Assembly: GCA_002256025.1 (NCBI GenBank)
Contig: NKIB01012814.1
Coordinates: 50,071-70,070 of the forward strand
Direction of reading: 5' to 3'
Origin: Asterionella formosa
Lineage: Eukaryota
DNA: 20,000 bases
Below, one piece after another: positions 1 to 10,782 of this stretch (positions within the stretch are counted from its first letter, which is position 1; every line of letters starts with the position of its first letter). The translations under genes were made by a program, and so were the position numbers. The notes under the pieces are model-generated. The model ran no database searches. It was given only the letters and a program-made list of their open reading frames with translations, and was not told the DNA's origin.

Positions 1-1226
1 CCATTGGTCTTGATCGCGACGTCTTGTGTTTCGCCTTTCTTGTGCTCACTCAAATCATGAGCTTCTCCCTTGAAAACCAAGAGATAGCCCATTTGAAGAA
101 ACATGTAAAACCATAAGACATGCAACAGAATAATCAACCCTACCAATGTAACGAAAAAAGGCCCATATGCACAGAAGTAAATTGGATCAATCCTTCCTCC
201 TTCCATCACCATGTATGATTCAAAAATGACACTTCGATAAATGACGAAGGGCAAGATCGTTAATCGAAAAATAAGCCAAAAAATCACCATGGTAATGAAA
301 CAAATCGAAGTGCTCAACTTCCATTTCAAGAAATTGGCCAACTTCGAAAGATCCACAGGCACATCACTAATGTCGTGCACCAAGAAAACCATGCTTCCAA
401 CTCTAGTTAACCGAAACATGGACGACCCAATAATAAGCAAGTTGGTAACTACGTGGTGAATGGCCATTTCTCGGAAATCTCCTCGAACAGTCTTACTCCA
501 CGATATCAAAATGGGAAATTTGATTATGCCGTTCTCGAATGGATTTTGAAACTTGACAAAAAAGGATAGCTCCGCTAAGCTCACAAGTGCTTCTACGTTG
601 TATGCTGACTGTACCAAGTAATACCACGCCATACCCGAATCAACAGGGTGCAAGGGGTATCCTCTAAACAAGACTGTGGTTCCGCCCCGGTTCTCATCCC
701 ACCATTCTTTGTCGCAAAAGTACCAGACTCCGTAGAGACTGATAATGAAATGGTAGGCCAATCGAAAGACGTACTCCCCAAACTTTTGAATCCGAATTTC
801 ATTTTGCAGCTCCCAACCCTTTCCGTGTGTCTTTCTGCCGATTTCTCGACCTATAGAAGAAAATATAGGCAGGAGAATGCCCTTGATGAGCCGTAGTAAG
901 CAAACCAAGATCAGCAGGACCACAATGGACGTCACAGTCGTCAGATCGCCCAAGGATGTACTTGGCGTCTCGAAAGCGTAGCTGAAAGCGGATGCCCATC
1001 CAACGCCCTGGGAACTTTGCACCAAGTAGTCATTGTAAGACAGCATGGATGGAAAACTATTTCTTACATCGCCGACCTTGTACTGAACCCATGAGCTCAA
1101 GGCAGATGGGACAAAAGAACGCCATTCGTCAGAGCATCCAAGAAGGGAGCACACTGAGTCGATACCTTTCGTTGCCAACAAAATCGGACTTGCGGGATAA
1201 ATGGAAAGATCATAATCTTCGGACAT
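1..1226 (-). CDS. LAG1: Ceramide synthase (LAG1/LAC1, TLC domain), 3'-partial, >408 aa, intronless within the window
   Basis: Manual translation from ATG at 1226 (MSEDYDLSIYPASPILL...) stays open to base 1. It contains IQKFGEYVFRLAYHF, WYYLVQSAY, the Lag1p motif RGDFREMAIHHVVTNLLIIGSSMFRLTRVGSMVFLVHDISDVPVDLSKL, WLIFRL and LHVLWFYMFLQM. It is missing from the ORF track because there is no stop codon inside the window. Confidence 0.95.
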   Translation of the reverse strand, partial: MSEDYDLSIYPASPILLATKGIDSVCSLLGCSDEWRSFVPSALSSWVQYKVGDVRNSFPSMLSYNDYLVQSSQGVGWASAFSYAFETPSTSLGDLTTVTSIVVLLILVCLLRLIKGILLPIFSSIGREIGRKTHGKGWELQNEIRIQKFGEYVFRLAYHFIISLYGVWYFCDKEWWDENRGGTTVLFRGYPLHPVDSGMAWYYLVQSAYNVEALVSLAELSFFVKFQNPFENGIIKFPILISWSKTVRGDFREMAIHHVVTNLLIIGSSMFRLTRVGSMVFLVHDISDVPVDLSKLANFLKWKLSTSICFITMVIFWLIFRLTILPFVIYRSVIFESYMVMEGGRIDPIYFCAYGPFFVTLVGLIILLHVLWFYMFLQMGYLLVFKGEAHDLSEHKKGETQDVAIKTN

Positions 1227-2312
1227 GGTTGCCGAGGTATGTTAATTCGGTGTATTGTACCCTGGAGTATAGTCGATAACTTCTGGAAGAGCAAAATGAA
1301 AAGAGAGCCAATGATGCTGAAAATATGCTGGTACAAATGTAGTATTGGTACCAGTAAAAAACTGCTTTGACCCACTGGGAAAATTATCGAACAGCATTGA
1401 CCCACTGACGGTGTAAAAAACACGTTTTGCTATGAATTATCATTTATTTTCTATTTCTTAAGCGCTAGGATGTAATGGAGTTCTCAGCCGGCTTAACCCT
1501 AGTTTGGAGAAAATATCAGTAGGGTTGTAAACACGGCGTGGAACAGGGAGTTTACTACTATGAATTCCCATGATTCGAGTGTCAAGTTGAATATTTGAAT
1601 TAAAAAGGAATCGGCGCCAGATTGATGGAGTTATATTTAAAAAATACAAAAATGAATTTTAAACGTGAACACTTTATCTACATTACTGAATGTAGACATG
1701 ATTCTGCTCAACGCCAAAACACATATATAAATCAGGAGTACTCCAACATGTACGCTCATGGTTCGTGTTTATACGTTAAATCGAATCTACGCTGCTGTAT
1801 GTAGGTTTAATAAAAGCAGCACGTTACGAGGTAACGAAGTACCTGGTACCAGAGTACCGGTGTGCCGTTAGTACATAATCTCGGTTCATGACGATAGAAG
1901 ACAGGATGAAACTCGCACTGGTGTACCGGCAGTCTACTGATTTTGCCTGCTGGTGTGGTACGTCTAACACGTGTGGATCAAGTGTGGCTGGCGTGATTTT
2001 ACAAGACCGGAGTACTTCAGCCAATCTGGAGCAGGTGAGTAAATTCAATTCGACCAATCAGAATATGTGTAGTGACGCGGCAACGAACCCTGGAGTCTTG
2101 TCGGACTGAGAATTAAGCAGCAAAACACACAACTGCGCAGGACTCTCAGTCTACGAGAACGTTTTGCACATACAAATTCCGATTCCAATATTTTGGCGAC
2201 TGTTGAAAAAGCCGATCGGGTCGACTTTTTGGAGGAGGATTGCTCTACATCTGCGGGGTTTCATCAAGATTAAAGTAGACAGCCGTGTACCCTTTAACGT
2301 CAGGAGTTAACG

Positions 2313-2426
2313 TCTGGAGAGAAACTGCAGTTATGTATCGTGGATTTTTAAAAAAGCTTCGAAGCCCCTTTTTTGACTATTTTTGCGATAGTTACGAAAG
2401 ATACATAACTGCAGTTTCTCTCCAGA
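2313..2426. repeat. Perfect 27-bp inverted repeat with 60-bp spacer (hairpin or MITE-like)
   Basis: TCTGGAGAGAAACTGCAGTTATGTATC (2313-2339) is the exact reverse complement of GATACATAACTGCAGTTTCTCTCCAGA (2400-2426). Confidence 0.9.
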
Positions 2427-2941
2427 AATGAGGTCCTTAACATATCCGTAGATAGAACATACCCCGAAGTCGGCGCATGACTGTATCTAAGCATGTGCAA
2501 AGTGGTCGTAATGGTGAAAGCTATTTTTACCCTAACTATTTTCTTTACTTGTACGTAATGTGTCTATGAAGGTACATCATCAAATTTGGAAGAAACGGAC
2601 CTCGCAGTGTGTACCTGCGGGGCTGCAACCTTAATTTAGGTCCAAAGTGGTGATCGAAAAAAAGCGAAAAGCACAGATTGTCCCAAGTTTGGAGCTCTCA
2701 TCTTATATTGTGTACAATGATGGGTATAAAGTTCTTGCATTTTATGTTTTATCCATAACCTTGCCAATAATTATTCTATAAATAAACATAAATGAAACAA
2801 TGTGCCCAAATATTATTTAGAATAGGATACGTATGTATATGCATGAGATAGAATAGATACTAGAAAAGCAAAATTACCCTGATGGGTATGTATGATGTAT
2901 TTTATGCTTTGCTTACATTACCACTCATAATATTGAGCATC

Positions 2942-3787
2942 ATGCCAAAGACAAGAAAAGTCACCTGGCGCAAGCCTGATCTCACTTAAGAGATGATAGA
3001 TAGATGTTTACTTGGCATTGCTACTGAAATGGAATTGTTGAAAGCCAACAACAGAGATAAACTTCCATATGGCGCACTCACCAAAGCAGTCAATGAAATG
3101 AAGGGTATACTCCCATGGTTGACGGTTTTTAAAGTCAACTACTACCTCACCAAGATCAACAAAAATGCGGTTCCAAGGCCAGATGTTGGCTCTGCACCTA
3201 GCTAATCCCAACAGCCAGCAGCATAATGAATCAAAAACAAGTACACTATCTGATTTGTCAATGGATGGAATAAATGTAAAGCTGTCTAATAAATTTGAGA
3301 GTTTCTCCTACATGATTGATGAAGACTCTCTATCTGGTGTAGTGTTGGAAAAATACGAAGAAAATAGTTCTACTATGAACGACTTAACTACAGCACCCTC
3401 TACAATTGTCACTACTAGCACAACTTCATTTGGAGGTCCTCCAAACGGAACTACAACTGTCCTTACCACTGCCATGGCGAACTTGACCAAGCAGTGCATT
3501 GCGAACTCAGCAGAAGAATTTATAAGTGTGAGAGAGGAAGAAAGAAATACAAACGAGCAGGCAAAAACACACTAAACTGCATAATTGAGAGGTGGAATGA
3601 GGCGCTTGGTATTCCTCTTGCTGTTGATATTAAGAAAGAAACATTTAGATCAAGGGCAAAACGATTCAACACCAGAGGGCTGAAAGAAGCAGTCACCTCA
3701 CCAATGTTGGAAGTCGAACCATACTGGGATGAAGTTGAAGCGTTGGTGGAGAAGTTTTGGAACATGATTTCATTCTCACAAGAATGA
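2942..3787 (+). pseudogene. Degenerate ORF, probably the N-terminal DNA-binding region of a DNA-transposon protein (pogo/Tc1-mariner-like)
   Basis: ATG at 2942 (MPKTRKVTWRKPDLT*EMIDRC...KLPYGALTKAVNEMKGILPWLT). It continues through stops and frameshifts into GGPPNGTT...CIANSAEEF and KNTLNCIIERWNEALGIPLAVDIKKETFRSRAKR...SPMLEVEP. Three overlapping ORF-track fragments form one protein-like chain. The family call rests on recalled resemblance only. Confidence 0.5.
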
Positions 3788-4523
3788 AGGATGAATGCAA
3801 CAACAAGTCGTCAAAAGTGCGCAATCTTTCACGTTTTTGATCAGAACTTTTTGTGGACCATTGGGTAAAGGTGTTTGGCAGGAATTCCCTGACCTTTTCT
3901 TTGAAAGGGGTTCGATCCCTATTAAAAAATGATAACCCTAACGAAGAGTACACTGGTTTCAAACCGAATCTCAAACATTCTAAACATTATAAAACAAGTA
4001 CATCTAAGACGCCATTTACGGCACAGTTTCAAATTTATGTCTAAAGTGATGTATTTATGCTACTTTTCTAAAATATTATGTTACTTTGAAATATTATGTT
4101 ACTTTTTCCCTAATTTATTCGGGTCAAACAAAAATGTATTTCACTTATCAAATAATTATGTGATCATACCAATAATTATGTGTGTTCGTGACAATATATG
4201 TTGACCAACAAGCCATCACGACAGTATAAAAGCGAAATTATGCTGCTCCACTTCAATATTATGCTGGCTTCGATATATAATGAACGAAAGAGTTGCCAAT
4301 TCCGATTCACTTATTATTTTTTCTGCTCCAACATATTCCTTTGATCTCAACTGGCAAATAACAACACATGCAAGAGGAAGATTCACACAGTAGAATTCAG
4401 CGCACGTAGTAGTAGGTGCTGTTGTAGAAACATTGTTTAGTCATTGTTGATTGTAGAGTTCACAATAGCCTGCCAGATTAGAAATAAAGCACTGTTGGTC
4501 ATCATTGAGCATCGTTGAGCATT

Positions 4524-5250
4524 GCATGTCGCCGTAGTGAGTCGAAATTGAGATGTGCAACAATGGCCTTCTCCTCTTCGGAGCAGCCACATATAGTCTA
4601 CAACGATAACTCTAGAAAGTTAAATATAGAAAAGGAGCAGAAGATGAGCAGCTGTCAACGACTGAAGTCGTAAAATCGTTTATTTACAGCTGTTGCATAT
4701 TTTAACCTTGCATGTCGCCGTGGTGAGTCAAAATTGAGATGTGCCGCAATGGCCCTCTCCTTTTCGGAGCGGCTACAAATAGTCTACAGCGATAACTCTG
4801 GCAAGAAGTACAATGTATAAAAGTACCAAAGGATGAGTAGCTGTCAACGATTGACTTCGTAAATTTGTTTAGAAACAGCTGTAGCATACTACTTCAACAT
4901 TCAATGCATGTCGCTGTAGTCAGTCGAAATTGAGATGTGCCGCAATTGCCTTCTCCGGTTTGGAGGAGCTAGCGAAATTCTGAAGCGATAACTTTAGCAA
5001 TCACAAAATAGAAAAATAAGCAAAGGATGAGTAGCTGACAAAAATTGAATTCGTAAACTGGTTAAGAAACAGCTGTTGCATATTTTAACATTCATTATAT
5101 GTCGCCATAGTGAGTCAAAATTGAGATGTGGCTGCCCCAATGGCATTCTCCTTTCCGATCGGCTAGTAGATTACATCTATATTGATAACTGTAGCAATAA
5201 CAAATTGGTCGTAAACGCAATGGCCAAGTAGATGAGGACTATCAACTTCA
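4524..5250. repeat. Tandem array A: ~4 diverged copies of a ~190-bp unit
   Basis: The motif GCATGTCGCCGTAGTGAGTCRAAATTGAGATGTG recurs at ~4524, 4710, 4906 and 5097. GATAACT and GATGAG recur at matching offsets in all four copies, and ACAGCTGT(T/A)GCATA in the first three. Confidence 0.9.
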
Positions 5251-5529
5251 TTGAATTCAACCACTCCATACTAGCTAACCTGTATTTTTCGCAATATTTC
5301 GCACGTTTTCAGCACACCACCAGTCAATACACTCCAAAAGTACTTTCTAATGTCTGATTTGACCAATAAAACACTTAGCAATTTAGGAGATGGATGCAAT
5401 TTGGTATAGAATAATAGCTTTGAGTTTTGGGGCATCCCTGCTGATGTCCTAACTATCATCACGGCATAATAGTACATCCTATGGTAGTAAATCAAAAATG
5501 AGACGTGCAACAATCGCCATCTACAAAGT

Positions 5530-7175
5530 CTGATGCCTCCTTTGATCAATATATGTTTGTTATGAGTATATCGAAATTCACCTTGATGGCATTGATCTTT
5601 TGTACATCGAATACTATGCTGTATTGAAATCAGCCTTAAAATCATGGTGGAGCAAGATGGTTTGGAATTTCCGTTGCAACAGCACCTGATGATCAGTCCA
5701 ACATCACCGAAAATTCGCAAAACTTACAAATCCTGATGCCTCCTTTGATCAATATATGTTCGTTCTCAGAATATCAACATTCGCCATGACGGCATTGATC
5801 TCGTGTACATCGAATACTATTCTGGATATTAATTGGCCTTAAATTGGTGGACAAAGATGGCTTGGAATTGTTGTTGCCATAGCACTGATGATCAGTCCAC
5901 AAGCATCCGAAAATTTACACATCCTGATTCTTCTCAGAATATCGAGATTCGCCATGACTACATTGATCTCGTGTACATCGAATACATTACTGAATAGAAA
6001 TCGGCCTTAAATTGGTGGAGAAAGATGGTTTGGAATTTCCATTGCAACAGCACTTGTCCTTAGGAATTTTTGTTGCCACAGCACTGATGATAAGCCATTC
6101 CACAAGCATCCGAAAATTTAAGCATCCTGATGACTAACTTGATCAATATATGCTTGTTCTGGGAATATTGTTGTTTTAAATGAAGGCAATGATCTTGTGT
6201 ACATCGAATAATATGCTGGATACTAGAAATCGGCCTCAAATTGGTGGAGAAAGATGGTAAGGGATTTTTGTTGCCACAGCACTGATGTTCAGTCAAGAAG
6301 CATACGAAATTCACAAAACTTACACATCCTGATGCCTTCGTTGATCAATATATGTTTGTTCTGATCATATCAACATTCAACCTGACTGCATTGATCTTGT
6401 GTACATCTAATACTATGCTAGAGGGAAGCCGGCCAAAATTGGTTGCGAAAGATTGTTTGTATCCTACATCATTGATGATCATTCCACAAGCACCGACATT
6501 TTACACACATCCTAATGACCAATTTGATCGATATATGTTCGTTCTAAGCATATCGCCATTAACAATGATGGCACTGATCTCGTGTACATCGAATACTAGC
6601 TATGCGAGATAGAAATCGGCCTCAAATCGGTAGAGAAATATGTTTTGGAATTTTGGCTGCTACGGCACCACTTGTAATGCATCAGTCCACAGCAAGCACC
6701 GAAATTTTACAATCCTGATGCCTCCATTGATCAACATATGTTTGTTCTGAGCATATAAACATTCGAACTGACGGCATTGATTTCGTGTACATGATCGAAC
6801 ACTATGCTAGATGGAAATCTGCCTTAAATTGGATGAGAAGGGTTGTTTGGAATTTTTGTTGCTACTGCACTTAATGATCAGGCCACAAGCACTGAAAACT
6901 TACACAACATCCTGATGACCAACATTCTAAATAACGGCATTGATCTAGTGTACATCGAATACTATGCTAGATAGAAATTGACAATGAATTGGTAGAGAAA
7001 GATAGGTTGGAAGTTTGGTTGTTAAAGCAGTGGTCATCAGTCCACAGCAGGCACCTAAAATTTTAGAATCCTGACGCCTCCTTTGGACAAAAAACGTTCG
7101 TTCTGAGCGTATCGACATTCGACAAGGAGCCTCTGATCTCGGGTACATCGAATAATATATAAGATAGAAATTGGC
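5530..7175. repeat. Tandem array B: ~8.5 diverged copies of a ~190-200-bp unit
   Basis: Units begin CTGATGCCTCCTTTGATCAATATATGTT at ~5530, 5733, 5924, 6127, 6329, 6512, 6715, 6912 and 7071. A near-invariant TTGATCTCGTGTACATCGAATA core and AAATTGGTGGAGAAAGAT recur. Copies at 5924 and 6912 have internal deletions. Confidence 0.95.
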
Positions 7176-7624
7176 AATTGTTTCAAAAACTTCTAGAAGT
7201 GAGGTGGCATGAAATAACAAATAGAGTTTTAGTTTTACATGTTCTAACAAATCGACAACAAAAACAACATTTACAACTAAGAGAAAACATCGTCTATAAA
7301 TAAAATTTATCATGAATATAGGATCATGGGTATTGTACGCTAAGTGGCACAGGATTTTTACATATATGATAGTTTTTCGATCAAAAATATGATCAATGTA
7401 TCATATAATTATGATCATGAAGTAAACTTTTACCGAGATTGAAGTATGATGATACTACCATAGTTATAATTCCATTGCATCATATAATTAGATAAACATG
7501 GTCATATGATGTGTATACTTTTGTCATACATCTATCTTAGCATGATCGTAATTCTCATCGATATCACTGTCTAAAATAGGATGAAATTGATCGAAATTTA
7601 GAAGTATATTTAGCTAAGAATGGT

Positions 7625-8620
7625 TTTATGTTGCTATATCTTGAGTGGCTACAGAATGTTCTACAATGCTCTCATCGCAATGATTGGTGCTTCAGCTTTC
7701 ACTTCCAAATTCCCCCCAATCCAATTCTGAAGGTTTTTGTACTGGTTGCCTTGCCGTTGTTCCCCTGCGTTGTTCCATTTACTCCTGAGGGTTCTGAGTT
7801 TGCATTTCACGCACTATTGAATCCGTTTCGTTGTTCCAATTAGCCATACTAACAAAGAGAAGCAATTCATTGTTAGCTGTTCATGTTTTGCTTACACAAC
7901 AACATGCATTTCGCTTCTATCTTCACTTACCACAAATTGAGGAAGTAACTGATGCATATTTCTGTAAAAGAATGTGTCAGTTGAAGATTGAATGAGAAGC
8001 AAAGTATCGATCAATAAATGGGCTCCAACACTGCTGTTTGTAACTTAAAAATACTTTTTGTTTACCATTATCCTGAACTAAGCAACACAGCACATGTGTC
8101 AGTTTTTCTAACAGTTGTAGATTGATCCAAAGATGGCTGATAGCACTTACCGATTTCTTTTGTCCACCACATTGATAGTTGGACAGCCACCAAATCGAAA
8201 AAAATCTATTGAATCACTGAAAGGGGAAGAGTCATTCCGCATTTTTAATCCCAGCAATTGATCATCCTGGCATTTGCTCTTGAAAAACCGTGATGCTGTT
8301 CACAGCTTGTTGATTCTGCCCTTCTCCATCGTATTCACTCAATCTTAGCTGCATGTTGTATCATCATGCTGTTTTGTCACTTCAGTTTTTCGCATCATGT
8401 GTTGCTTGAGATCCTTCATTTCACTAAGTGTATGCATGACAAGGAACATGAAAAGCATTTGCTCTTGACTTGTTACCATCAATGGATCCTTCCCTTCTCT
8501 TCTAAGCCGCAAGTATCATTGTGCTGTATTATCACTTTTGTTTTCCGTGTCATCATGTGTGATGATCCTTCATTTCAGGAGCAAAGTGGCTGTATGCATT
8601 ACAAGGAACATGAAAACATG
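7625..8620 (-). pseudogene. Possible decayed spliced gene (three intron-like segments), product unknown
   Basis: Minus-strand GT...AG segments with branch-like CTAAC/CTGAC at 8150-8073 (GTAAGT), 8065-7962 (GTAAAC) and 7930-7849 (GTAAGT). No long intact frame was recovered. There is an internal degenerate duplication at ~8270-8620. Confidence 0.3.
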
Positions 8621-9559
8621 ATTTCAAATGTTTCAGCCATGAATACATATATGTAAAGATTTTTAAGAAGTTTAAATGTATATATAGTTGAACATTTGCA
8701 TAGTTTTAAACACGCTCATTATACAGCACATCCTGTGTATACTAATATCAATTTGATTATACATAATTCAAATATATACAATGCATGATGAGTTCATAGT
8801 GTTCCACGACCTGTTGAATTTTTTCAATTTGTTCTGTGTCAATTCTTGTACCTACAAGTCAGTGGCTGATTTAATTAAGCCCCTTAATAAACAAGAGTCA
8901 TCACCAATTTTTTAAATGGTCGAAATCATACATTTATGTAAATAGACATATTGACCAAAATTCACATGGCCTACCGGTAGTACTGTATACTTGCTAGGAA
9001 TTATTTTTTATCATGGAAATGCCACAATAGTGCAGCGGGAAACTGAAAATGCTCATGTGTTTAGGATCATTCGATCATATTTTTAAGATCAATTAATCCT
9101 GATTCCTGAAAATAAATTTTGATCTTTTATTTTTTCATCAACGACACCGTCCATCATATGATCAATATGTTATCATCAAAGGTATAGGATAAATGAATCA
9201 AAATTGATTGATTAAAGATCATAGTTTATACCGGAGTAGTTGCTCATGCATGCAATCCCTTCCCCCCTGTATTTAATTACGGAAGTGATAACCCCCAAGC
9301 TACCAAATTTTTATGTCTTGTAAGAATTATCGCAGCATGCATGCATACATGACTCCTACTCGTATATATAATGCGGATATGATGACCACCAGACTCCCAA
9401 TCCTATAGGTATCATTGAGGAGAAAACTTATTAGGATTCTCTGTCTTTGCCCTCGCCCGTTCGGCATTCTACCATTGCTTCCTCTCAATCAATACTAGCT
9501 AGTAGTATAGCTAATGAAAACCGTAATTAGATGAAATGTGACTTCCGGTTTCTAATATT

Positions 9560-9796
9560 TTAAATTGTTGCACTACTGAAACTTGAATCCATAGATGGGC
9601 ATTCAACTTGTGCTTGCTTCTTGCATTTTTGCAGTATAGACTGGCTGGTGATCGATAGGCCAAAGTGTCTTGCTTTTCATGAACATCTACAAAGTACTAG
9701 TGCTTTTGTCGAGGTTTGAGTCTAAATCCAACTGCTATCATCCATTGAACTATTCCAGATACATCAAAGAATACGCTCCTGTCTTCAAAGGTAAGG
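9560..9796 (-). pseudogene. Fragment of an IS630/Tc1-mariner-like transposase
   Basis: Minus-strand translation IVQWMIAVGFRLKPRQKH*YFVDVHEKQDTLAYR...AHLWIQ resembles the W-x3-GF...YxDGHE[KR]...YR motif of Tc1-like transposases. It has an in-frame stop. The assignment is from recall. Confidence 0.5.
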
Positions 9797-9893
9797 AACT
9801 AGTACGATGACAAAGGAAATCTGATGAGACACGAAAATTAGGAAACCAGAGTCACTCTGTTACTATAAATAGACAGTCTCATGCTTGAAAGAA

Positions 9894-9945
9894 TACAATT
9901 TTTGCATTAAAGTGTCGGAAAATGCATAAACCGTCAGTCAGGGGA
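9894..9945 (+). repeat. Left terminal inverted repeat of the MULE (core)
   Basis: TACAATTTTTGCATTAAAGTGTCGGAAAATGCATAAACCGTCAGTCAGGGGA has 6 mismatches in 52 bp to the reverse complement of 13905-13956. Confidence 0.9.
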
Positions 9946-10782
9946 GTTTGTGATCATTTCCGCGATGCGAAGTTTTTATCCGTGTAAAGAGCAAGCCGTC
10001 TATTGTTAAATGGCTTAAAGTATATCTATAGTAAGCTGTCAAATGACCTTATCAAGATTCCATAGAAATATGAACCACGACAATTAGTGTGTACATGAAA
10101 GTCACTTCAAATTGACGTAGAGGAATTTGTTGCATCTTGAAATGTTGTTCCCTCTCCGAGAATACTGTTGCTCTGGTTTTTCTCATCTATTTCTACAAAA
10201 CATAGGAAACCTTATCTAGTCAAAGTTATCTAGCTCATCACCGCGGACTCAACACTGTCGCTACTTTGGTCGTATCTTCAAAACTGAGCAAATGACGACC
10301 AAAAACAACTGTCAGCGCCGATTTTAACTTTTTTTGTCAATACCAGTGCAAAAAGTTTTATTATTGAACGATAATTTTGTTTATGTCAGTCTGCATAAAC
10401 GTGCGAAATAGGAGTTGTTCATTGTCAATATTCGTGAAGATATTCAAACCCATAATTTCGTCATGGTCAAGATGGAGTTGCTGACTCATCGACCCCATAC
10501 CACAGGCAGCTGTACAAACACACATGTAAGTACTGGTAGTACATAACCAGTAGTATGTATGCAAAGCATATTACTTATGCATGCCAAGGATATTGAATAT
10601 TCATCACTCTATACATATGTTGTGGTACCAGAAGTTGGAATTAACATGTAATCCTGTAGGTCTGTCATTACTACATACTCGGCAGTAAAAGTCCACATCA
10701 TACATCATATCGGCATTATATTTGGAATTGTTGTGTGTATCCATGAATTACTTTTTGTCAAAAGTCGCTCCACAAATACGAA

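Noticed and set aside
241..1423. Short ORFs on both strands
   Set aside because: They overlap the ceramide synthase CDS in antisense or alternative frames and have no recognisable motifs.
2630..3860. Possible TIRs around the 2942-3787 relic (GGTCCA...TGATC...GATTG at ~2640 versus ~3810-3860)
   Set aside because: The similarity is patchy, needs several gaps, and no TSD was found.
4055..4185. Short duplications AAATATTATGTTACTTT (twice) and AATAATTATGTG (twice)
   Set aside because: These are low-complexity AT-rich slippage-type repeats with no supportable function.
4524..7175. CRISPR-like array
   Set aside because: The whole ~190-bp unit is homologous between copies with no unique spacers, the context is eukaryotic, and there are no cas genes.
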